64,000 nt of DNA from Octopus vulgaris (lineage: Eukaryota): the NCBI GenBank assembly GCA_951406725.2, contig OX597827.1:83762001-83826000 (forward strand), given 5' to 3'. This document shows, piece after piece, positions 54,018-64,000 of this stretch; the stretch's first letter is position 1; each line of letters starts with the position of its first letter. The position numbers were made by a program, and so were the translations under genes. The notes beneath the pieces were generated by a model that was not told the origin of the DNA, did not search any database, and was given only the letters and a program-made list of their open reading frames with translations.

Positions 54018-56199
54018 ATTAAGAATATGGAAAAAAAAAAAGAAACATAATTCAATTGAAATTTTCTGTGAGGAAACTCCAAAATTGATTCAGACACCGA
54101 AGGGCCACTCGATCCCGACGTCTGAAACTGAAAATGAACAGAGGAAATATGCTAGAAATAACAGCCAAATCTCACAAAACTGCGATAACATAATGAAAGA
54201 AATATGTAATCAATCTGCTCACCTTTCTGTAAAGGTTTCTTTCAGAGTAATTTCCCGCATTAATATGAAAAAGTGAAATGAAAGTGTTCTTTACTTATTT
54301 TTAAAAAACTGAAACCTCCGCTGTTGGAGTTTTGGCGGGGATAAACTCCGTCAATGTTTGAGAAATGTAGAGAAATTCTGGAAATTTTTCGTCGCCGTAA
54401 ATCCATAGATTCGTCCACGCGAGGACCATTTCATATCGCCCGATGATCCAGTAATAAACTTTAACCATCTTTTGATTCGGGACCCATAGGTCTCAATGTG
54501 GTTTGTGCAAGAGAAAGGGTTGGGGTAATGTTTTTTTTTTTGTTATTTTTGAAAAATTGAAATTTTACAAACAATTTTTATTCAGAATCGGAATCTCCAT
54601 AGCCATAAACGTGGGATTCCATAAAAACAATATTTTTCCAAAGGGGCGGAAGGGTCCGTTTACGTCTCCGTCGTGTGCGCCGGAAAGTCCGGATCAATTG
54701 CTGGTTCAGCGATTTTACGGAATTTACCGAATGCAGTCGATTTCGAGCAGAAGACGAAAGATTGCCCGACCAGACGACAAGTGAAAGAATTACGCTGATA
54801 TTTATTCACATTTAATTTACACCTTTAAATTTGAAGACTTTATACAACAGCATGGCTCTTTGTAACTCTTGCAACATCACTCTATATGAAGACGTAACCC
54901 GTTCCAACGGCAAGGACGATGCTTCTGCTACATTTTGAGCCAAACACAGCCGCCTGCCCTGTCCCGTCCATTTTGCGTCGAGGGGCAAACATGGCGCTGC
55001 CATAAACTGATGCGACGACGGCCGAGAAGGGAATGTGGATATTCCATATCTACATTTAAGGGCACCTTTCTGGAAGGCGTCTGTCTTCCGCCTTCGAAAA
55101 TTTTGCTTTTTATCAACCATTTCCTCAGCACAGCTGGTCGCAAAAATTAATCGGAAGACACCTCGAATTCTGCCGTAAAACCTCCGTAGATTGGAGGTGT
55201 TTCTGTTGGGATGTCTGCTGCCAGTGTTGGGCAGAAAACCACAAAACTGTTATCGGAGGTGGTTGAAGTAGAAGTTGATGAGACGAAAATACCAAGGCGG
55301 CAGGATTGTGGAAACGGTTTGGCTTTTTGGCGGACTGGAACGGATAAGTAAGAAGGCAAATAATGGTTAAACTGTGAAACGAATCTGGTGAGACCGACAG
55401 ACGAGATGCTGGAACTTTCACTGCATTTATTAGCCGTTACATCAGGCAGGGCTCAATTATTTATCCTGACAGTTGGCGTGCCAATAGTAAACCTCAACGA
55501 CCTGGGCCATACGCATTATCAGGTGAACCATGGTCAGCATTTTGTCGATCCAGTCAAGCCAGAAGTCCACACTCAAAATATTGAGCGTTTTATGGCGAAT
55601 GCTCAAGAACAGCCGAATTCAATCTGGAATGGAGCCTGAGCACCTGAAGCAGGGCGTCGCTCGGTTCCTTTTCCTAGGGGCCGTTTCACCACCAACCCAA
55701 CAACTTCATAAGTTTCTTGTGGAGGCTGCAAACATTATATCCAGGTTCCTGAAGACACGGAAGACTATAACACAAACATTATTATTTTAATTAGTATCTT
55801 TTAGAACACACAACTGAGACCTGTTGGTCCCGAATCAAAAGACGGTTGAAGTAATATCATGGCTGGTTCATCGGGCGAGGCCCAAGTTTATCCCCGCCTA
55901 AACAGCGGCGGAGGTTTTGGTTGTGAAAAAACAGAACACTTTCATTTCACTTTGTCATATTAATGCGGGAAATTAGTCTGAAAGAAACCTTTACAGAAAG
56001 GTAAGTTGATTGATTACATATTTCTTTCATTATGTTATCGCAGTTTTGTGAGATTTGGCTGTTATTTCTAGCATATTTCCTCCGTTCATTTTCAGTTTCA
56101 GACATCGGGATCGAGTGGCCCTTGGGTGTCTGAATCAATTTTGGAGTTTCCTCACAGAAAATTTCAATTGAATTATGTTTCTTTTTGCATATTCTTAAT
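54018..56199. repeat. Long internal inverted repeats (54018-54495 and 55815-56199) enclosing the Merlin transposase
   Basis: Mirror ORFs 54085-54276(+) and 55947-56318(-) are nearly identical. The inner block TCGCCCGATGA..TTTTGATTCGGGACC..AGGTCTCA is also mirrored. Confidence 0.92.
54852..55790 (+). pseudogene. Merlin / IS1595 (ISXO2-like) DDE transposase, frameshifted
   Basis: Joined frames read WRCHK..CGYSISTFKGTFLE, TSVDWRCFCWDVC, IGG..VEVEVDETK, WLFGGLERISKK, GSIIYPDSWRA, HYQVNHGQHFVDP..VHTQNIERLWR. Confidence 0.9.
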
Positions 56200-57822
56200 C
56201 TCATACAGAAGTGTTGTGGGTGGGAGTCAAGAAAGTTTGTTGGAGATGTGGTTGTTATTTCGGGACTATCTTTCATAAATGCCCTTTCAAGTTTCATTTG
56301 TAGAGAAAACCCCACCAAAAACCCACTTCGGAAATTTCCAACACTTTCAGCACACCAGTATCATGTAATAACTTCTATTTACCGCAGGAAATTTCTCTGA
56401 AATTTTATCGCCAAGAAACAAATCCGACCAGTTTGGGATTTTTGTCGAAATTCATCCCCAACCCTTGGAATAGTTTTTGCCAAAAAATTCCGATATAATC
56501 GACTTTTAGGACATATGAAGCAATATATGTAAAAAAAAAAAGAATTTTTTTAAATATGTGCAAAAAAGTTTGTGAAATTTGGCTGTTATTTCTAGCATGT
56601 GAATAGACTGCTTGAAGGCTGCTTATTTAATAATGACGGATTCGCGCAATTTTCATTTCGAATGATTTAAAAAATGATTTGGAAATCATGAAGAAAAAAC
56701 AAACGACCGAATCGGGTCGTCTGCATTTTAAAAGGGAATTGAAATTTTGAAATGACGATTTTTGCCAATTTTTTTTTTTATCAGATTCGTAATCGTCGAA
56801 CCCGAAAACGGGGGTTTGTATAGAAAAAAAAAAAAAGGAAAAACAAACGACAGAATCGGGTCGTCTGCATTTTAAAAGAGAAAAAAATCAAAAAGCAAAA
56901 TTGCCCCCAAAACCTCCCTCCCCCACTTCCCAAATTTTCACTTTTAGCGCCGCAGTCAACGCATGCGCAATGGCAAAAAGGGTTTCAAATTTTTGTGACT
57001 GAGAGGGGGGAGGGGTAATTTTTAAATTTTACAAAAATTTTCGGAAATTTGTTTCAGAATCATAACCTCTGTATTTTCCCGCATATTAAAAAAGAAAAAA
57101 ATCTTAAAAAAGTAAAATTTTGAAATTCCGTTTTTTACCAAATCTATTTCAGATTCGTATTCTCCGTACCTGAAAACGGGGGTTTATGTAAAATATATAT
57201 ATATATATATAAAATAAAGGGTTTAGGTGGGAGTACAAAAGGGAATCTTGCCTTTAAGTAAAATTTTGAAAAAATAGTTTTTTGCATGTTTAAAAAAGGT
57301 CGCTTTTTCGTGCCGGTTTACTTGTAGACATTAAGTTAATGAAGGTGGCGGCGGTAGTGGTGGAGGCCAAAAACAGATGAAGGCCTGATCGCCTCGACAC
57401 TGATAAATAGAGCAAATCTCCATTGACAGAAATTCATTCACATGATTAATGGCAATGAAAGGTTTAAAACAATTTAGCGGGCTGCCCCTGTGACTAATAA
57501 ATAAACCACTATTGTTTTTATCAAATACATTCACCACTAAATTGTTGTTTAACCCCAGATCGAACCCTGAATGAGTAGATCTAGAATGAAAGGTGTTCTA
57601 GCTGATTATCCAATCATTTTATACATCTGCAACTAGATTATCCACCATGCCCTTTCCTTTTTATGATTTCAGGTAGATTTGGTTGCTATTTCTAGCAAGT
57701 CGAGCGACCCTTCTGTCCTTGGTTCACTGCACCCACAGATGTATGAGTCTTAAGCAGAAGTCTGTTCAGTTCGAACACTTCGTAGCTCACACACACATGC
57801 ACCCACCCCTACCACCACATAC

Positions 57823-58056
57823 CCTGTTATCAATCTTTTAACCAGGAGACACCTTTCTTACAGACGTCACCCTCCTCACAGAACTGAGAGACCTCAGACC
57901 AGAACTAATATCATCCTCCACAAAACTAGTTTCAAATCCAGGAAAATCCAGGAAAAAAAAAGCCACAGAAAAAACTTTTAAAAAAGAACAAACACAAAGA
58001 ACAACACAAAACAAAATAATTTGGTGTTTTTTCTTTCGTTTTGTACAAGATAAAAT
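57823..58056 (-). other. Candidate non-coding first exon (5'UTR) of the minus-strand gene
   Basis: Starts at an Inr-like CA(+1)TTTT at 58056 and ends at the donor AGG|GTATGT after 57823; contains only a short uORF. Confidence 0.45.
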
Positions 58057-58105
58057 GTGTTTCTTCCCACCCCGGTTTTATATATACTCGGTGCTTGTTA
58101 TTGGA
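58056..58105 (-). promoter_or_regulatory. Candidate Pol II core promoter (TATA, Inr, adjacent CCAAT)
   Basis: Minus strand TATATATAAAA at 58086-58076, starting about 30 nt upstream of the Inr-like site, with CCAAT at 58104-58100. Lies in unique sequence rather than a (TA)n field. Confidence 0.45.
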
Positions 58106-59277
58106 TATAAATCATGAGTTGTCAGTTAATTAGTGAATTAAAATCTATAAATATATTATTTGTTTAATTATTTTCACTATTATTTATGGCGTTTAAATAA
58201 GAAGATGGCACTTTCCTTTGAGACTTTTATTTCTGTTCGATCAGAAAACCAAGTTCACTGAACAGACTTGCCTCTCGTCTTTTCTTCATTGATTGTACAT
58301 AACAGGGATGTATCACAACAGTCGACCACCAGCCTCTGTATGGGGACACAACATGGAGAGAAACCGCCTTCCTTTCCACATGACGAATCACAGTCAATGA
58401 TGGGAATAAAGGAATTCGTAGAGTGACTTCTACTTCTTGGGCCTGAGCGATCCCCAGTTTCTCATACCATATTTTTATCAGTGGAGAGCCATTTCCTATA
58501 TAGATAACACATGTTGAAAGACTCCTACTATTCATGGATAATCAGTGGTACAGTATGGAGTTCAGTCGCCCTGCGCCATACCCAAACTAGCCATCACCCC
58601 TTCCTTAAACCTCAGGCCGTCCTCTGTGGTCGGCAGGCCCCACGCTACACCGCATATATTTGAGCCCCTCTTAATAAACAGCTAGAGTCACCTCTGGTTT
58701 AAGGAACCACAGAAATTGCTGGATCTGACGTCTGCCATTTCTCGGCCAGCCTCAACACAAAGCCGACTTAGAGGTATTAATAGGCCACGAGTAATCCAGT
58801 GCACTGGGTCCCATAACATTTACTTATTGACAGCAAACCACAACACACATAGAACAGAATTGCGTCCCTAGATCCCTGAGACACTCCGGGCAACTGGGAT
58901 CCAATGCCTCTACGTTTCCGTCTTAAAAAAGAACAGTCACATTAGAATGGCAACTTTGAATTCATCCACTTTTTATTTATACCTGTATCGTACAGGAAAA
59001 TTACGATAAACACCAGGAATACATCCTTAGTTCCTACCCAAGTTTCACCATCACAGTTATTTGGAACACAACATTGAATGGCCCAAGTGCATAACCACAA
59101 TGGACCATCGGGGTAGCACTTAATTGCATTATTTTACAAATCTCTCTCTCACACACACGCAAGAAATGCACCCCTACCCATAACCCATACAAGTTAAAAC
59201 ACCGAGAAACTCACCATCAATCAAGTTTCAAGAAACGTCATGACTTTTGGCTCTTCCACCCCGATGTTAATATATAT

Positions 59278-59646
59278 ATTCTTTTACTTGTTTCAATCGT
59301 TTAAAGCACCGCCTTTAGTCGACCAAACCGACCCGATGATTTATTCTTAATGAGCCTAGTACTTATTCTATCGGTTACTTTTGCCGAACAGCTAAGTTAC
59401 GGGGGCGTAAACGCACCAGCATCAGTTGTCAAGCTATGTTGGGGGGGGGGGTCAAACAGTCACACAATAATACACACACACACATACATATATACGACGG
59501 GCTTCTTTCAGTTTCTGTCTATTAAATCCACTCACAAGGCTTTGGTCGGCCCGAGGCTATATAGTAGAAGACACCTGCCCAAGGTACCACGTAGTGGGAC
59601 TGAACCCGGGAATGGTTGGTAAGCAAGCTACTTAACACACAGCCAT
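59278..59646 (-). mobile_element. Bipartite tRNA-like SINE
   Basis: Homologous to 38301-38697. Confidence 0.8.
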
Positions 59647-59699
59647 TGAAAATGGAGAGATTCAATGGATATAAATTCATTTCTTTATTATTTAACATT

Positions 59700-60176
59700 G
59701 CCTACAATTGTTTCACTTTGCACCCAATTTAAATTGCAAATATATATATATATAATATTATATATATATATATATCCACTTAATACTACCACTAAATTCT
59801 CAAATTTTCTTTCGCACCACAAGACCCCTTTTTTTCTTTCACACCACAAGACCTCTTTGAATGAACAGCGCATGGAATCTACGTCTCCACACTTTCCATT
59901 TGTGACGACAAAAAAAATGAACTCCTATTGGAATTTGCATAGCACGGACAAGAAGCATTTCTACCACTTCTACACACCACCTTCCTTGGGTAATGCAACT
60001 GCAACTAGAACATCTTTATATATTTTTATTTTTACATTCATTCTCCTATTTCCTTATATCCTTTTTATTTGTTTCCTTTCCCAAAATAACTCCTCATATT
60101 GAACTCTAATATTTCCCTCTATTTAACAATCTCACATTGTCTCTGATGAAGGGATATCTCTAATATCCTAGAATCA
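59700..60176 (+). mobile_element. Possible decayed Penelope-like 3' end with a truncated hammerhead core
   Basis: GTCT-CTGATGAA-GGGATAT(CTCTA)ATATCCT-AGAA at about 60139-60173, after a pyrimidine-rich stretch. Family assignment is an inference. Confidence 0.4.
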
Positions 60177-61005
60177 TTTCTTTTAAAGATAGAATGTAAT
60201 TAATTTGGGAGAGATTTGGTTGTTATTTCTAACAGGTCGGATGACCGTATGGAGGTCCCTTTTGTAAATCAGCCAATCTGTTGGCCCTACTGTGCAACAC
60301 AGGTTTCTCATTCTGTAAATCAATTTTAAATAAAATACAAAATTCAACCGCGTTACTAATTTAATAAAAAGGTAGAAAAGAGAATGATAGGTCTGCTTGA
60401 TCGGGGCTAAACAACAAAATCTAACATAGTATAGATATTATAGAATATAAAGTTTTATATAACACCAGGATAAAAGAGGATCAGGGCTGACCTATGGTTA
60501 AACAACAATAACAATCCAACACAGTGAAGAAGTTTATGTGAAAGCTAATTCACGAAATACTTTTTTGAGAAAATTATTATCTTTTAAAGAAAGTGTTTTA
60601 TAACGAAAAAAAATAAATCGATGGGACCCGTATTATACAGTAGTGCCTTTTATTGCTATAACCGGTGTCATTGTTATTCATAGTCGAGGCAACAGAGTTC
60701 CCGGTTAACACTGGTGTATTAATGTTTAATAAACTAAAAGCAACAAACACGATGTGGAGGCCCTGGGATGAAGGGTAAAAGAGACTACCTTTCACCCTAA
60801 GTCTCTATACTGAATGTCACTCCAGACGTGAACATCATGCCTGTTATTTTTCATATATATATTTATTGATATAGGACTATTTATCCAAATGTGTCTTTCC
60901 CTTTTTTGCTCATTCATGATATCAGAGGCCGACAGGATCAACGGTGCCCTGCGTTAAACAACACGTGGTTTTCAACAGTGGTTTCATACACACACACACA
61001 CACAC

Positions 61006-61043
<38 letters not shown>

Positions 61044-61356
61044 CAAACATACATGTACACACACACACACAAAGTGTGTGTGAGTGTGGGGGTAGATAAA
61101 TAGATCGAGAGAAAGAGATAAGTAGATAGATATAATAGGCAGGTAGGTTTCACCTTACCCTAAATCAACCGAAATTGCCAGTCGTGAACAAAAAGTTAAA
61201 GGGGTGTCATGTTGATACACATACACGCATACCGAGGTGTACTCAGTCACCTGAACCTAAGAGATCAACAGTAGGGCTTTCATTGTGTCTTCACCCTAAA
61301 CTATATTGCTGTTTACCTCTCCATCAGGGCCTCGGGTATATATTATTTATCATTAC

Positions 61357-61510
61357 GGTGGTGAGCTGGTAAAATCGTTGGCACACCGGGCAAAATGCTT
61401 AGCGGCCTTTCGTCCTACGTTCCGAGTTCAAATGCCGCCGATGCAATCGACTGGACCCTCCCCTCAACATTCAGACCTTGTGCCCACAGTGGAAAGAGTT
61501 GTTATTGCTA
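61357..61510 (+). mobile_element. SINE of a third family (relatives at about 17995, 18500-18680, 47630-47800, 48045-48150)
   Basis: GGTGAGCTGG..AATCGTT..GCAAAATGCTTAGC, B-box-like GAGTTCAAAT and a tail CAGACCTTGTGCC..AGTGGAAAG, recurring in the window. Confidence 0.6.
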
Positions 61511-63106
61511 CAGACAGCTGGGGTTTACAATCCTTAACAGGGGCTCAGGGCTTATGGATTGGGACTCACATATACAATACAGTCGCTTGTAAAACCTCCA
61601 TTGAGATTACCAATGTAATTAGTATACTAAAACTCCCTATACAAGTATACTCCTTATAAATCGTTAAAAAGACAATCATACATTAACAATTGGTTATAAA
61701 ATTTAGCTGATCAACACAACGTGTTTCATGCTCAGAATAAACAAATCTACATTCACAGAGTATATATAAAAAAAAACGACGTGTGTGTGTGTGTGTGTGT
61801 GTGTGCGTATATTAAAAATATGTTAAAATGATTATATATATACATACACACTCACACAAACACAGAGACATATATAGACTGACAGATAGACAGACTGCTA
61901 GATATGTATGTATAGAGGCTTCTATATTTATATGCAACAAAATGTATATAAACATAGAATATACACACAAAAATATCTACATAGATATACAAATACATCT
62001 ATACACTCACTTAGTATACATACAGTACATGACTTGTGTATATCTCCAGTAGTAGAAGGACCAAGAAGTTGGTGATAGCCCCAGGAGGGGATTGTTTAGC
62101 TTGGTGTCAGTTCGTGTCACTGAAAGGGCAACGTGAATTAAGGTAAACAGTGGTACAACGAGAGGCGACCCACGCTGTGACACGGTATTGCAGACCTTTA
62201 TCCAGAGATAACATCCAGAGTTGAAGAACTTCAGTTGTAGTCGTAGTGGTAGCCCTCTGTCCGGGGTTAACGAATGATGTGGCAGCGGTAACAAAGCAGT
62301 CGCCCTCAGTCCAGGGACAATATATGCACTGTGGTGTGTATACACTCTGTTAGAAATGTGTATAGTCGTGGTAGTTGTGGTAGCCCTCTGCCCGCCGAGT
62401 CTATAAACTGTGTTGTGTGTATACAATGTTAGAATAACAAGGAAATCCAAAGGATCACTTGTTGACAGTAAAGTAGGTGAAGGAGAGACTGATTGATGGT
62501 TAGAATGGTTGCGGTGGTGGTGGTTGCAGTGGTGGTGGTTGCAGTGGTGGTGGTGGTAAGTAGTCTCCCCCCTCTTCTTTCGTGGATTTTCAAATTATCC
62601 TTTCCCTTCTCCTAATCACTTCGTCTCCTCTTCACTCATCCTGTCAACTTACCCACCGCCACTACAATGCCACCGTCACCGTCACCGCCGCCACCACTTC
62701 CAACCCCATCCGTATCGCCTCCCCCTAAACTAAACAGAGGTTAGGAAAAACTGGAATTTTCTCTTTAAATCAGTGGAAGGATCTAGAAAATGCGTGTGAG
62801 AGGTGTGATGGTGGTGGTGGTGGTTGACTGTTTTAAAAGCGGGGGGAATTGATAGCAGTAGCACTGGTGGTGGTGGTGGTGGTGTTATATGTATAGCTGT
62901 GTATCTGTGTGTGTGTGTGTGTGTATGTATGTGTGTGTGTGTTTGTGTACTTTAGGGGTTGGTTAAAGTTTAGACAGAAATCTTTGTCTTCCATGTCCGA
63001 AACAAACATCAAAGAGAAAGTGTGTGGCTGTGTATGTGTGTATGTTTTTGTGTAGATGTCTGTGTGCATTTTGAAGAGTTTAAATGTGTATAGACATATA
63101 TGTATG

Positions 63107-63154
<48 letters not shown>

Positions 63155-63916
63155 AGCAAAATAGCTAGTTGCAAAACCTCGAGATCAGACAACCAGCTCA
63201 AAACTGAATCAGTGTCTCGTTCCTGTTGTCTGCTAGAGGATGATAGGGGTTCGCTCCCACTACTAGCAACATCGTCATTGAGCATTGAGGTGTGCTAAAA
63301 ATAACAGCTAAATAAGTGTTTTTTATATAAATCTTTTAAATCAAGAAACATTTATTTACATGAAAGAAAATTACCAGCGACACAACACGTGATGTTCACA
63401 AATATTGACAACACGTGCTATTTTCAGAAAGTTGACAAAATGTGCAGTCACGCACAAAATGACAACTTCCAAATCCTGTTTCCTGACTGGGTGAAAATGA
63501 TCAAATCTTGAACCTCTATAACTTTTTAAAAACATTTTTCTGAAGAAATGAAATAACTCCAGCAATTCAGTTTGGGAAAGTATATTATTGTGCCAAATTT
63601 TAAAATGTTGGTAAACTTTAATTTTTGGGGCCTCTTTCGAGTGACACAACCATCTTCATTGTATCAGAGAGAGGACTTCAGTCTTTGGTTGGTCGGTTGG
63701 TTGGTTGGTTGAATGTGTATGTCTGTGTGTGAGCGTAAATGTATGTATCATTATGTATACATATGTGCTTCCGCTTCCTCTTGGTTGATGAAGTGTCACG
63801 AGTGCTGGAAGTGAACCATGGATCGGAACAATAATCTGAGACGGCTTGGTGCTGGGTGTGGCATGAGTTCGATGATTCCCTCAAGTTTCTGGAGTTTATT
63901 CCAGGTTGTGCGAGCG

Positions 63917-63947
<31 letters not shown>

Positions 63948-64000
63948 AATTCTTATGTTCAGTCATAATAAAAACAATTTTACAATTAATCTGATGGGTT

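Larger units (their letters stand above)
53208..57330. mobile_element. 4.1-kb DNA transposon-like element with TGT...ACA TIRs, TTAA flanks and nested inverted repeats
   Basis: Left TIR TGTTTACAAGTACACTGGCACGAAAAATTGACC; right TIR (reverse complement) TGTCTACAAGTAAACCGGCACGAAAAAGCGACC. TTAA at 53204-53207 and 57331-57334. CpG-rich and nearly free of microsatellites, unlike the flanks. Confidence 0.85.

Noticed and set aside
54852-55790. Bacterial IS1595 contamination
   Set aside because: The gene is decayed and embedded in an element whose repeats share motifs with the surrounding host DNA; a eukaryotic Merlin fits better.
63371-63660. Possible DNA-transposon terminal remnant
   Set aside because: No partner TIR or TSD found in the window; too weak to call.

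Overview
AT-rich, microsatellite-saturated animal genomic DNA. The repeat landscape (tRNA-derived SINEs, RTE LINEs, long (TA)n/(CA)n tracts) resembles what I recall of octopus/coleoid genomes; this is an inference. Nearly all ORFs in the track are microsatellite artefacts. Protein-like signal is limited to transposon relics: an RTE LINE (25.7-28.0 kb), a full-length D,D34D mariner with two nonsense codons (41.3-42.6 kb), a decayed mariner, and a frameshifted Merlin/IS1595-type transposase inside a 4.1-kb element of nested inverted repeats (53.2-57.3 kb). There is also a probable minus-strand host gene: a TATA/Inr promoter with a 5'UTR exon near 58 kb and a signal-peptide exon at 43.3-43.4 kb. 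The most striking signal is a near-perfect 658-bp palindrome (9082-9739) whose arms each carry a complete type I hammerhead ribozyme. Several other short repeat families here carry hammerhead-like cores, including a tRNA-headed SINE-like element in the same head-to-head layout. This suggests a set of non-autonomous Penelope-like/retrozyme elements. A three-segment template-switch duplication lies at 16.6-17.4 kb. Everything was read by eye; boundaries of decayed repeats are approximate.
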